Shown here: positions 10,172-19,801 of the stretch, one piece after another
Numbering within the stretch: the stretch's first letter is position 1
Layout of the letters: each line of letters begins with the position of its first letter
NCBI GenBank assembly: GCA_016840165.1
Contig: JAEOSU010000068.1
Location: forward strand, 1-43,347
Direction: 5' to 3'
Length of the DNA stretch: 43,347 nt
From: Promethearchaeota archaeon
GTDB taxonomy: Archaea > Asgardarchaeota > Lokiarchaeia > Sigyniarchaeales > SOKP01
Program-made: the position numbers and the translations under genes
The notes under the pieces: generated by a model
What the model saw: only the letters and a program-made list of their open reading frames with translations
Database searches by the model: none
Told to the model about the DNA's origin: nothing

Positions 10172-10897
10172 TTAGAAGGGGATGTTATTTTTCTCAAGAA
10201 CCCAATTATCAATCAAAAAAAATTGATTGAAATTTTTCCTCGGCAGATATTGATTATGAATTGATGATTTTGGAATCCAGAAACTTTCATTTGCTCCAAA
10301 ATTTAGCAAAATGGCTTTTTCAGTCTCTCCAGTTAAAGCAGCTTTAATCTTACTTATGCTTTTGAGAATATCATTTTTTCTTTCATATAAAAGTAGTTCA
10401 TTTTCATGTAATTTATCATAGTTCTCAATTTGTTGGGTTAAATCTTTCTCATGATTGTCATTTTTTATAGAATTCTTTTTGGTATAAGATGTAGAATAAA
10501 TGATTTTTTCTTCTACTAAATGTCTTAATAGTAATCTAAATATTTCTACTTGGGCAAAATTTAACACTTTAGAATAATCTGCGACAGTTATCCATAAAAC
10601 TTTCGCTTCTTCATCTTCCCAACTGAAGGAAAATGATGTTGTTTTCTCATTATATGTATGAAAACTCTTCCAATTCAATGTTTTTCTGTATAATACTTGT
10701 AAAATCATAATTATTTCTTCTAATGTGAATTTTATAGTTCTCCCTTGCTTGAAAGTAGGTTTCTCCCATTTACCGTGTTGATTCTTTTTAATAAATTGAA
10801 TAAACATGTATGAATTAAATTTAGAGGTACTTTTTATGATTATTGCAGTATTTTGTCCGAAAAAACTTATAATATGAGCATCTGACATTGACTTCAT
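10172..10897 (-). CDS. Hypothetical two-domain protein
   Basis: 241-aa ORF filling the gap between genes; no family recognised with confidence. Confidence 0.7.
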   Translation of the reverse strand: MKSMSDAHIISFFGQNTAIIIKSTSKFNSYMFIQFIKKNQHGKWEKPTFKQGRTIKFTLEEIIMILQVLYRKTLNWKSFHTYNEKTTSFSFSWEDEEAKVLWITVADYSKVLNFAQVEIFRLLLRHLVEEKIIYSTSYTKKNSIKNDNHEKDLTQQIENYDKLHENELLLYERKNDILKSISKIKAALTGETEKAILLNFGANESFWIPKSSIHNQYLPRKNFNQFFLIDNWVLEKNNIPF

Positions 10898-10995
10898 ACA
10901 ATATTTATCTAAATCTTTTAATTACATCTAATTTTATATTAAAAAATAGCACTAAATGATCTTAAAGGTAAATAATTAAAATACAGTTGAATTAT

Positions 10996-11006
10996 TCATA
11001 TATAAG
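10996..11006 (+). promoter_or_regulatory. Putative TATA box of the initiator tRNA gene
   Basis: ATATATAA about 26-33 nt upstream of the tRNA 5' end; weak evidence in an AT-rich background. Confidence 0.35.
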
Positions 11007-11030
11007 TTAATAAGCATCAGATACAAAACT

Positions 11031-11168
11031 AGCGGGGTGGGCTAGCCTGGTTTATGCCGCAGGGCTCATAATTGAGGAAAGCACCTCCTCTTTAAGAAAC
11101 CCTGAGATCGTTCGTTCAAACGTTATAAAAAGTTGATCTCCAACTAACTGAAAATCGAACCCCCGCTA
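11031..11168 (+). tRNA. Initiator tRNA-Met(CAT) with two introns (37/38: 11071-11098; 59/60: 11121-11154)
   Basis: AGCGGGG/CCCCGCT acceptor stem (A1-U72), CAGGG/CCCTG anticodon stem with three G-C pairs, CAT at 11067-11069, GTTCG/CGAAC T stem; spliced length 76 nt. Confidence 0.93.
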
Positions 11169-11398
11169 TTATTTTTTTATAATTTATATTGATGAATAAT
11201 TCATATTTAAAGCCATTTTCAGTCTTGTTCGTTAATCTTTTTACTCGAATTCTGTTATTAAAAGAAGAATTTATTCACTTTGTTTATTCTGTTAATTTAA
11301 ATAAAAGTGAAAATTGGATGATATTTTTTATTTAATAATAAATCCTAAATATGAAACGGGATATTATTTTATAATTCATTTTTTGATAAGTTTTTAAA

Positions 11399-12052
11399 AT
11401 GTCTAGAACCCAAGGATTGAAGAGATACCCAGCTATTCGTTGTTGGATAAATCATATTATAGAAGGAACGTACTTACCAGAAGAAAGAATTGTTGAAACG
11501 GTTTTTGGGAAAGTAAAGAGAGTTAGAATACTTGCAACTATATTAAATAAGAAAGAATACATTATTGCCGATTCTTTTGATGAGAATCAAAACAATATTG
11601 AATATAAATATACTATCGATGATGGAACGGGTATTATTGAAGCATATGTAAAAAATTGGGATGAGGAAAAATTTAAAAATGTTTCAAAAGGAGATCTTGT
11701 AGACATCGTAGGGATTATTGCTTCTAAAGATGATTTTATTTCTATTTCGCCAACAGAAATAATGAAAAAGATCGAGAAACCAGATTTAAAACTATTGAGA
11801 GATGCTGAGATAATAGAGAAGCTCAAATTGAACAACGATATCCACACACCAATATCAGAGAAATCAGCTGGAAAAATTGAGTTAAAAGAGCTAATTTATG
11901 GAACCATTGAAGAATACTCTGAAGGAATAAGCTTTAATGATTTACAGGTAAAATTTAAATTAAAAGATGATGAATTAAGAAAAATTTTAAAGGATTTAGA
12001 AGTAGATTTACGAATTTATTCCTCAGAAGAGGATGTTTTCCAATGTTTTTAA
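11399..12052 (+). CDS. RPA32-like OB-fold protein with C-terminal winged helix
   Basis: V.RVRI.A, YTIDDGTG.I, GDLVDIVG OB pattern; C-terminal wH-like GISF.DL...L..L..D..IY. Confidence 0.75.
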   Translation: MSRTQGLKRYPAIRCWINHIIEGTYLPEERIVETVFGKVKRVRILATILNKKEYIIADSFDENQNNIEYKYTIDDGTGIIEAYVKNWDEEKFKNVSKGDLVDIVGIIASKDDFISISPTEIMKKIEKPDLKLLRDAEIIEKLKLNNDIHTPISEKSAGKIELKELIYGTIEEYSEGISFNDLQVKFKLKDDELRKILKDLEVDLRIYSSEEDVFQCF

Positions 12053-12158
12053 CTTTAGGATAAGATTCTATTATCTGATTATATACTGAAATGGTAAAAT
12101 TATTTTTGAATGGATTATATTATTTCATATTAGATAAGAAAATAAAAAAAGAAGCAAA

Positions 12159-12572
12159 ATGGATTTACACGATTATAAGAAGATTTTAGATGAAGCTTAC
12201 GAGAAAATTCCGGATAATGTGAAAAAACTCTCCAGATTCGAGATACCAAAAGTAGAAATTAGAATAGAATCGAAAAATACATATATCACCAACTTTAACA
12301 AAATTATTAATACTTTAAATAGAGATAGAAGGCACTTTATTGGAATATTCCTTAAAAAAGCAGGAACAATGGGTGAGATCCGAGGACAACAGCTGTTTTT
12401 AAAAGGAACTTACAAAGAAAACGTGCTTAATAGGTTAATTGAGCAATATGCTAAACAATATGTTCTATGTAGCATATGTAATAAACCGGATACTGAAATA
12501 CAACGCGAAGGAAAAAAAGTTTTTCTTAAATGTACTGCCTGTGGCGCTAGAGAAGAGATTAAAGAAAAATAA
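12159..12572 (+). CDS. eif2b: Translation initiation factor aIF-2 beta
   Basis: Y..LD.AY..P, RFEIP, T.ITNF..I...LNRD..H, YVLC..C.KPDT, LKC.ACGA. Confidence 0.96.
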   Translation: MDLHDYKKILDEAYEKIPDNVKKLSRFEIPKVEIRIESKNTYITNFNKIINTLNRDRRHFIGIFLKKAGTMGEIRGQQLFLKGTYKENVLNRLIEQYAKQYVLCSICNKPDTEIQREGKKVFLKCTACGAREEIKEK

Positions 12573-12584
12573 TCTTTAGATATA

Positions 12585-12881
12585 ATGAAAGTATATTTAA
12601 AAATACACCGAAGAAATGGTATTGAGACTATCGCATGTTGCGATGAGTTATTATTAAATCAAATTGTTTGCGAAGGAAATCTGAAAATCGAGATTTCTGA
12701 ACGTTTTTTTGGAGGAGATTTAATCAAAATCGAAGAAGCGATAGAAATTTTAAAAACTGCAACCTATTTTAACGTTGTAGGAGATAATATTGTAAAAATG
12801 GTAATTGAACATAAAATTCTTCCAAAAGAGGGAACGCGTTGTATTAATGGGATTCCAATGGCTTTAAAGATGATGTTTTAA
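12585..12881 (+). CDS. DUF424 family protein
   Basis: IACCD..LL, I.ISE.FFGG, N.VG...V, I.GIP; usual neighbour of aIF2beta and NMD3. Confidence 0.85.
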   Translation: MKVYLKIHRRNGIETIACCDELLLNQIVCEGNLKIEISERFFGGDLIKIEEAIEILKTATYFNVVGDNIVKMVIEHKILPKEGTRCINGIPMALKMMF

Positions 12882-13774
12882 TGCCTCAAAGATTTTGTGC
12901 GATTTGTGGAAAAATTCTTGATGAAAAATCTCCACATTTTGGAATGTGTAAAACTTGTTATTTTAAAGAGAATCCCTTATTTGAATTAGCTACAAACTTT
13001 AAATTAAAAATTTGCCTTGATTGTTATAGATATTCAAAAAAGGAGGAGTGGATTAAACCCACTGAGGAAGATTTCCTATTAATAATTAAGGAAGCAGTAT
13101 ATAATATATTATTGAAATCTATGGAAAAAAATATAGATATAACTTTTTCAATAGATCTTAATGAGAGCAGTCTAGAATTTTCCTCAAAAGATCTAATAAC
13201 TTCATTAGAATTAATAATAACAGGAAAATCGAGTGAGCGCCCTATGATTTCTAATGAGCAAGTTGTTAAAGTAAATATTATTTATGATTTATGTGATAAT
13301 TGCACGAATTTAAGAAGCGGTAATTATTTTACTTCTATCCTACAAATTAGAGTCAAGAATTCTAATTATTTTGATATACTTAAAAGCATCCTTGACCAGA
13401 TTAACGTTGTTGTGGATAAAGAATTTATTAAAGATGATCGACAATATATCTCTAAAATTGTTGACCAAAAATATGGATTAGATATATATCTTAGTACAAA
13501 CGAATTAATGAATTATATTATATCATATCTTAAAAGTCGATATCATTTTCTTCTAAAACGATCAAAAAAGTTAGTAGGAAGAGATAGTCAACGAGGAAAG
13601 GGAATTTATAGATTAAAGACATTAATTAAATTTTTACCAATTAAAAAAAATGATATAATTGAAATTGATAATCAAAAATTTATTGTAGAGCAGATATTAA
13701 AAAATAAAGTTATATTGAAAAATAAAAAAAATGAAAAACTTGTTAAAAGTTTTGATTATTTTTTTAATAATTAA
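12881..13774 (+). CDS. nmd3: NMD3-family LSU biogenesis/export adaptor homolog
   Basis: FC..CG, C..C, C..C, C..C....G.YF.SILQIR, GLDIYLS, KLVG.D...GK.IYR. Confidence 0.88.
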   Translation: MPQRFCAICGKILDEKSPHFGMCKTCYFKENPLFELATNFKLKICLDCYRYSKKEEWIKPTEEDFLLIIKEAVYNILLKSMEKNIDITFSIDLNESSLEFSSKDLITSLELIITGKSSERPMISNEQVVKVNIIYDLCDNCTNLRSGNYFTSILQIRVKNSNYFDILKSILDQINVVVDKEFIKDDRQYISKIVDQKYGLDIYLSTNELMNYIISYLKSRYHFLLKRSKKLVGRDSQRGKGIYRLKTLIKFLPIKKNDIIEIDNQKFIVEQILKNKVILKNKKNEKLVKSFDYFFNN

Positions 13775-13794
13775 TTACAATTAGAAGTACATAT

Positions 13795-14646
13795 ATGAGA
13801 TGGTTATTGCTGGAAGAGAAAGAAGATGATTTAAATAGAGAAAATAAAGATAATCATGATATAGATTCAAGTATTTTTACCGATGATTTAGAGAAAAAAT
13901 CAATTGATAAAAGAAGAATTAAAAAAGAGGATCTATCGAAAAAAAGAGCCGCTGTAGAATCAGTATTTGATGAAAGGACAGTTTTTCAATTAAATAAACT
14001 AATTATCAATGGGCCTTTAGACAGAATTGAGGGAATAATTTCTGCTGGGAAAGAAGCTAATGTCTATCTTGCTTATGATCAAAGTGGAAATGAAGTAGCA
14101 ATTAAAATTTACAAGATAGATCGTAATACTTCAAAATGGATGAAAGAATATATTATTGGAGATCCTAGATTTAAAAAAATTCCAAAAAATATTTCAAAAC
14201 TTATCTTTTTATGGGCCAGTAAAGAGTACAAGAATTTAAAACGGGCGTATAGGGTGGGTTTAAATGTTCCGAAACCAATACATGTAAAAAATAATATCTT
14301 GATTATGGAATATATAGGATCTGGAAGTAGTCCGGCTCCATTATTAAAAGATGTTAAAGATCCAGAAGATATTGAGAGCCTTTTTCAAGAAGTAATGACA
14401 TTTATCAAGAATCTCTATCAGAAAGCTCACTTAGTCCATGGAGATCTTTCAGAATTCAACATATTATATCATAATCATAAACCAATATTCATCGATATCT
14501 CTCAAGCAGTTGATATACAACATCCTAATGCCGAAAAATTTTTAGTCAGGGATATAATAAACATTGTAAATTATTTTGATAAATTAGGTATAGAATTTAC
14601 AGAATCAAAGAAATTTTATGATGAAGTAATTAATAAAGACGTATAA
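13795..14646 (+). CDS. rio1: RIO1 atypical kinase/ATPase
   Basis: ISAGKEANVY, AIKIY, YI.GDPRF, WASKEY.NL, LVHGDLSEFNIL, IDISQAV. Confidence 0.95.
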   Translation: MRWLLLEEKEDDLNRENKDNHDIDSSIFTDDLEKKSIDKRRIKKEDLSKKRAAVESVFDERTVFQLNKLIINGPLDRIEGIISAGKEANVYLAYDQSGNEVAIKIYKIDRNTSKWMKEYIIGDPRFKKIPKNISKLIFLWASKEYKNLKRAYRVGLNVPKPIHVKNNILIMEYIGSGSSPAPLLKDVKDPEDIESLFQEVMTFIKNLYQKAHLVHGDLSEFNILYHNHKPIFIDISQAVDIQHPNAEKFLVRDIINIVNYFDKLGIEFTESKKFYDEVINKDV

Positions 14647-14662
14647 CATATTAAGTTTAATC

Positions 14663-15220
14663 ATGAAAGTTGGGAAAAAAAGAATAGCGGTTTTAATTGG
14701 AAAGAATGGAGAGACTAAAAATAATATAGAAGATGCTTTAGGAGTAGAATTAATTATTGATAGTAAAACCGGTAACTATGAAATTAAACCCGATCTAAAT
14801 AATCAAAACTATAATCCATTAAACATTTTTACCGCTAAAAAGATTGTTACAGCAATTAATAGAGGTTTTAATCCAAAAAAGGCAATGAATCTTTTAAATG
14901 AAACTTTTGATTTAGAAGTATTCAACCTCTATAATATTTTGGGAAGATCCGAGAAAAGGATCAAAAGAATTAAAGGAAGGGTTATAGGTAGAAATGGAGA
15001 AATGAGAAAAGCAATAGAAAGATATAGCGAGTGCTTTCTTTCAGTTTTTGGAAAGACAATTGCGATAATTGCAGAATATGATAATTTACAAATTGCACGA
15101 CGAGCCGTAAATATGCTATTGAGTGGAATGCCGCACCATTCTGTGTTGAAATTTTTAGAAAGTAAATATAATGAGAAGAAAAAAGAGGAATTTAGAGAAT
15201 TATATAAACCTAAATTTTAA
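14663..15220 (+). CDS. KH-domain SSU processing protein (Dim2/Pno1/Krr1-like)
   Basis: RIAVLIGKNG, AINRGF.P, RIKGRVIGRNG, G.PH..V; directly follows Rio1. Confidence 0.92.
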   Translation: MKVGKKRIAVLIGKNGETKNNIEDALGVELIIDSKTGNYEIKPDLNNQNYNPLNIFTAKKIVTAINRGFNPKKAMNLLNETFDLEVFNLYNILGRSEKRIKRIKGRVIGRNGEMRKAIERYSECFLSVFGKTIAIIAEYDNLQIARRAVNMLLSGMPHHSVLKFLESKYNEKKKEEFRELYKPKF

Positions 15221-15569
15221 AATATTTTTCATCAACAGAACTTAATATATCTTTTCCGTAAAAAATATTCTTGATTTCACAAAACAAATCATCCATTGAG
15301 ATGATGTTATCGATAAAATACAAATCATTGAAACTTTCTTTTCCCATTTCATTACAATGAATCTCAAAACTTTTGATTGAAAATGTATTTTGACCATACT
15401 CTTTAAATATAACAATGTATCTCGGATATATTGTTTTTTCTCTTAAATTTACTGCCCACCCTTCAGCATAATACTTGATTTCTTTTAGGAAGAGATTATT
15501 CCATTGATCGAGATATTGACTAAGAGTATCTATTTCTTTCTGTGTACTTTCTGAATACTTATTCTCCAT
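15210..15569 (-). CDS. Hypothetical protein
   Basis: 119-aa ATG ORF downstream of ftsZ on the same strand; no recognised motif. Confidence 0.6.
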   Translation of the reverse strand: MENKYSESTQKEIDTLSQYLDQWNNLFLKEIKYYAEGWAVNLREKTIYPRYIVIFKEYGQNTFSIKSFEIHCNEMGKESFNDLYFIDNIISMDDLFCEIKNIFYGKDILSSVDEKYFKI

Positions 15570-15613
15570 TAATTATATTATATAAGGAGGTTTAAAAAGA
15601 AGAAGTAAAATTA

Positions 15614-16720
15614 CTAATCAAAGGCTAGTTCCCCTATATTAAAAATGTCATCAGATAAACTTACTTTTTGCTTTGATGATAACTTTTTAGGAACAGCAGT
15701 AAATTCTGATATGTTTTTACCGAAAATTTGAGGAGATTTTATACCCGTAATCAATAACATAACTCTTAGATAGCCTTCATATTCATCATTTACTCTCGCT
15801 CCCCAGATAACCATAGAATCACGAACATCCATTTTTTCTGAGATTTTTTTCGCAACTGAATTTGCTTCTGCAAGAGTCATATCATTTCCCCCACATATAT
15901 GAATTAATGCCCCCTTTGCACCATCTATACTAACATCTAACAAGGGTGAACTAAGCGCATCCTCAATAGCATTATCTACACGATTTTCTCTATCTCCAGA
16001 CTCTCCTACACCGACAATGGCTACCCCGCCCGTACTTAGTATCGTTCGAACATCAGCAAAATCTAAATTTATTAATGATGGTAGCGAGATTGTTTCGGTG
16101 ATCCCTTTAACCATTGTTGCTAAAACTTCATCAGCAACACTAAAGGCTTCGATAATTGGTAAGTTTGGTGCGATTTCTAAAAGGCGATTATTATCAATGA
16201 CGACTAAAGTATCGGCATATTTCTTTAATTCATTTAAACCAAGTTGTGCTTTATCAATCCTACCAATTTCGGTATCAAATGGGAGAGTCACAACACCAAC
16301 TACAATCGCTCCTTCAAGTTTGGCTATTTCAGCAACAATCGGAGCGCTTCCAGTTCCAGTTCCTCCTCCTTCGCCACAAGTTATAAATACAAGATTTGAT
16401 TCTCTTAAAACTTTGGTTAAATCTTCTCTCGACTCCTCAGCCGCAGCTTTCCCAATATCTGGATTGCCCCCTGCACCAAGTCCTTTCGTTAGATTTTTAC
16501 CAATTAGGATTTTAATATGTGCCTCAACCATATCAAGATGCTGACAATCAGTATTAATTGCAACACATTTAGCGCCTTTAATACCAATTTTCATTAATCG
16601 ATCGACTGTATTATTACCTGCACCTCCACATCCAACAATTTTAATATTTGCATATCCTAAATTTTCGCGAGGAGGTCTAATAATTTCCCTACTTCGAGCA
16701 TTCTTAATTAATGATTCCAT
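15614..16720 (-). CDS. ftsZ: Cell division protein FtsZ (FtsZ2-like)
   Basis: GCGGAGNN, AINTD, GLGAGG.P, GGGTGTG, SLINLDFADV, VIWGAR. The short MESLIKNA N-terminus and DNNRLL..PNLPI..AFSV resemble archaeal FtsZ2. Confidence 0.96.
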   Translation of the reverse strand: MESLIKNARSREIIRPPRENLGYANIKIVGCGGAGNNTVDRLMKIGIKGAKCVAINTDCQHLDMVEAHIKILIGKNLTKGLGAGGNPDIGKAAAEESREDLTKVLRESNLVFITCGEGGGTGTGSAPIVAEIAKLEGAIVVGVVTLPFDTEIGRIDKAQLGLNELKKYADTLVVIDNNRLLEIAPNLPIIEAFSVADEVLATMVKGITETISLPSLINLDFADVRTILSTGGVAIVGVGESGDRENRVDNAIEDALSSPLLDVSIDGAKGALIHICGGNDMTLAEANSVAKKISEKMDVRDSMVIWGARVNDEYEGYLRVMLLITGIKSPQIFGKNISEFTAVPKKLSSKQKVSLSDDIFNIGELAFD

Positions 16721-16819
16721 TTGAATCTGAAATTTGAGTTTGTTAGATCTTACTGTAATAATATTTATGAAAAATTAGAATTAATATAATATTCACATAA
16801 TATCTTTGTTTCTAAAAAA

Positions 16820-18052
16820 CTAGGCGGGGAATAACTTTAAAGAAAAGTCATGATCTTTCCTTGGGTCAAAAATTTTATGAATTGTGTCTTCATTAATTAA
16901 AAAAATAGAAGGTAACTCATAAGGAAAGCGATTAGAAAAGGTTAAGGTATAGGCTCCAGCATTGGTGATCAATACTTTATCACCGACTTCAATATTATCA
17001 TTAAAAAAATAATTCTTTGCTAATACATCTTGATCAGTTGGAATAATGCCTGCGATTGAAGTTTTATACTTATGGGATTGATCGATTTTTGAAGCATTAT
17101 AAAATCTAAAAGAAGATTTAGAAAACTTAGGACAAATATTATTTCCAATATTCAAAAATATCCATCTGTCTTCAGTTTTTTTAATAATTTCTGCAATAAA
17201 TATACCTGCATCACCAACTAAGAATCTCCCTGGTTCGAAATATATTTCCTCATATTCAATACCTTGATCCTTTAGAATATTATGAATTTTAGAAAAGATT
17301 AATTTTAATTGAGATTGAGGCATGATGGCTGCTTCAGGAAATCCTCCCCCAAAGTTTATGTTTTTAATTTTTACACCAGAATTTTGTAATTTTTTGAAGG
17401 CTTCTGTTAGTAATTCTGCATTTTTAGTAAATTGATTAATATTATTCATCTGAGTTGAATAATGGGATAATATGGTTGTAAATTGAATATTTTTACATCT
17501 CTCATTATATAATCTAATTTGATTTAATTCATGTTTAAATAAATTCATACCAAGCCTTGAATCATATTTCTGTGAGTTAATTCTTAAGCATAAATTCTGG
17601 ATTTTGTTATATTTTTTAGCTATAGAATTAATCCTATTAATATCGCTTATTGAATATACAACTATTTCCTCAATTTCGTTAATGATGCTTTGTTCTATGA
17701 ACTTTTTATCTAAATAAGGCCCTCCCGCTAAAATTTTATTTGGTGGAAACTTCAGCCTATGCGCTAAATTTAATTCGGACAAACTTATTAACTCTGCTCC
17801 AATTCCCTCCGATTTAATAATTTCACATATTTCATATAGATAATTCGCTTTAAATGAATAAAAGATTGAAGCTTTCTTAAATTCCTTCTCTATTAGATTC
17901 TTAAAATTTCTAATATTATCCCGTATTCGCGCCTCGAGGAAAATCATGATTGGAGTATCACTATATTTTGAAATATGGGCCATTTCGATACCATCTAGGT
18001 AAAGAATATTTCCTTTTTTCTTGATATATTGATTTCCAGAGATTTTTTTCAT
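16820..18052 (-). CDS. Group IV PLP-dependent decarboxylase (LysA/ODC-like), divergent
   Basis: YSFKAN (PLP lysine), LRIN, H..TQ, NFGGGF, FEPGRFLV, AGAY. Confidence 0.82.
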   Translation of the reverse strand: MKKISGNQYIKKKGNILYLDGIEMAHISKYSDTPIMIFLEARIRDNIRNFKNLIEKEFKKASIFYSFKANYLYEICEIIKSEGIGAELISLSELNLAHRLKFPPNKILAGGPYLDKKFIEQSIINEIEEIVVYSISDINRINSIAKKYNKIQNLCLRINSQKYDSRLGMNLFKHELNQIRLYNERCKNIQFTTILSHYSTQMNNINQFTKNAELLTEAFKKLQNSGVKIKNINFGGGFPEAAIMPQSQLKLIFSKIHNILKDQGIEYEEIYFEPGRFLVGDAGIFIAEIIKKTEDRWIFLNIGNNICPKFSKSSFRFYNASKIDQSHKYKTSIAGIIPTDQDVLAKNYFFNDNIEVGDKVLITNAGAYTLTFSNRFPYELPSIFLINEDTIHKIFDPRKDHDFSLKLFPA

Positions 18053-18058
18053 TTTTAT

Positions 18059-19351
18059 TCAATGAGTCTTTAATTCAGAATAAATATCAAAAGTTTTTTT
18101 CACAACTTTCTCCCAAGTATAATGTTGCAATACTTTATCATTTCCTGCAGCCCCAAGCTTATTTCTTAATCTCCTATTTTTTAATAATGTAATAACTGCT
18201 TTACATATATCATCGCTATCATTAAACTTAACTAATAATCCATCTATGTTATTTCTGATCACTTCAGGGGTAGCACCGATGTTAGCGCCTATAACAGGTT
18301 TACTAGCAGCCCATGCTTCTAGAAAAGCTATTCCAAAGGCATCACTTCGGCTGGGCATTAAGTAGATATCAGCAGTTTTGAAAGCAGATATCTTTTTCTT
18401 GTCTAAATATCCCGTTAGATTATCAGGTGATAAATTGATTATTCTTACTTTTTTTATTTTGCGAATTTTTGATAATTCTCGATTGAAAGCTATTGTTGAT
18501 GGTCCAATAAATACAAAATAAACTTTTTTATATCTATTAATAATCTTTGGTATGGTTTTTAATATAGAATTTGCTCCTTTTTCAAAATTTTTATATCCAC
18601 AGAAAAGGATCATCTTGTATTTTCTCTCTTTTTTGTGAAAATAGTGATTTTTGAAATTAAATTCATGTTTTTTATTATTTAAATTATTAAAAACACTATA
18701 ATCTACTCCCATTGGTATGACTCGAATTTTGTTGCTAGGAATACCAAGAAGCCTTTGTAGTTTTTTTTTCTCCATATGAGTACATGCAGTTAATAAATCG
18801 AAAGCTTTTAGAATTGCAAGCATTTCTCTATCTAAATATCTCGGATTTGAAAAATGAAAGAAAGGGGTACAAATTGCGGGGATATTTAATCTTTTTGCCA
18901 ATATTAATGATAATATTAGATTAAAATATGGATAAAAAGTAGTATGGATGATATCATAATTGTTTAAGTAGTTTTTTGCCAAATGGTCATCAATTCCTTC
19001 TAAGTAAGGTCCATTTAATAAGAATTTTTTCAGAACATCATTCGAGATATCTAAAAATTCGAACTCTTCGATTTTTCTTAAATTTTTTATTTTTTGTTCA
19101 ATCGATAAATCATAATTAATTGGAAGACGGCAAATCTCTATGTTATTGACATTTTTAAAATATTTATGATCATTGTTTATGATTTTACCATTGGAGGATC
19201 TTAAAGCATTGAAATCAATAGCGTTTGATGTTAATATTTTAACTTTCGAGTTATATTTTGATTTGAGAATTTCTGCCAGTCTCTGAATATAAAACTCAGC
19301 CCCTGAAAGAGATGGAAAATACCTTGTAGGGAAAAATAAAATTCTATTCAA
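18059..19351 (-). CDS. Glycosyltransferase family 4 (GT-B)
   Basis: FPSLSGAE, VIPMGVD, KG, PSRSDAFGIAFLEAWA..KPVI, GATPEVI, YTWE. Confidence 0.92.
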   Translation of the reverse strand: MNRILFFPTRYFPSLSGAEFYIQRLAEILKSKYNSKVKILTSNAIDFNALRSSNGKIINNDHKYFKNVNNIEICRLPINYDLSIEQKIKNLRKIEEFEFLDISNDVLKKFLLNGPYLEGIDDHLAKNYLNNYDIIHTTFYPYFNLILSLILAKRLNIPAICTPFFHFSNPRYLDREMLAILKAFDLLTACTHMEKKKLQRLLGIPSNKIRVIPMGVDYSVFNNLNNKKHEFNFKNHYFHKKERKYKMILFCGYKNFEKGANSILKTIPKIINRYKKVYFVFIGPSTIAFNRELSKIRKIKKVRIINLSPDNLTGYLDKKKISAFKTADIYLMPSRSDAFGIAFLEAWAASKPVIGANIGATPEVIRNNIDGLLVKFNDSDDICKAVITLLKNRRLRNKLGAAGNDKVLQHYTWEKVVKKTFDIYSELKTH

Positions 19352-19399
19352 ATAATATATCCTTTTTATTAATATGCGATAATATATATATTGATTTAG

Positions 19400-19801
19400 A
19401 TGTCAAAAGATTTAATATTTAAACTTATCTCCATTCTCAAAGATAAATCTAAAATTGATGACGAGATTATAAATTATTTAAATTCCATATTCTCTGAGAA
19501 GGCAGAACGCGTTTTAGAAACAATCAAGCGAGGTATTACCAAGTATCGTATAGAAGATAGGGTTATTTGGACTGCGATGGGGGAAAACTCAGAGCATATC
19601 ATTTATCCTAAAACATATTGTAGTTGTCAAGATTTCTATCTGAATGTGGTAATTGAACGAAAAAGAGATTATTGTAAGCATATTTTAGCACAAATTATAT
19701 GTGATGTATTAAACAACTATGCTGAGAAAGATCTCTCCTATGATGATTTTAAAATCTTGTTTAAAGATGAATTAGAAATAATTTCTAATCCAAAATTATA
19801 A
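19400..19801 (+). CDS. SWIM zinc-finger protein
   Basis: YCSCQDF...CKHILA (CxC-xn-CxH). Confidence 0.85.
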   Translation: MSKDLIFKLISILKDKSKIDDEIINYLNSIFSEKAERVLETIKRGITKYRIEDRVIWTAMGENSEHIIYPKTYCSCQDFYLNVVIERKRDYCKHILAQIICDVLNNYAEKDLSYDDFKILFKDELEIISNPKL

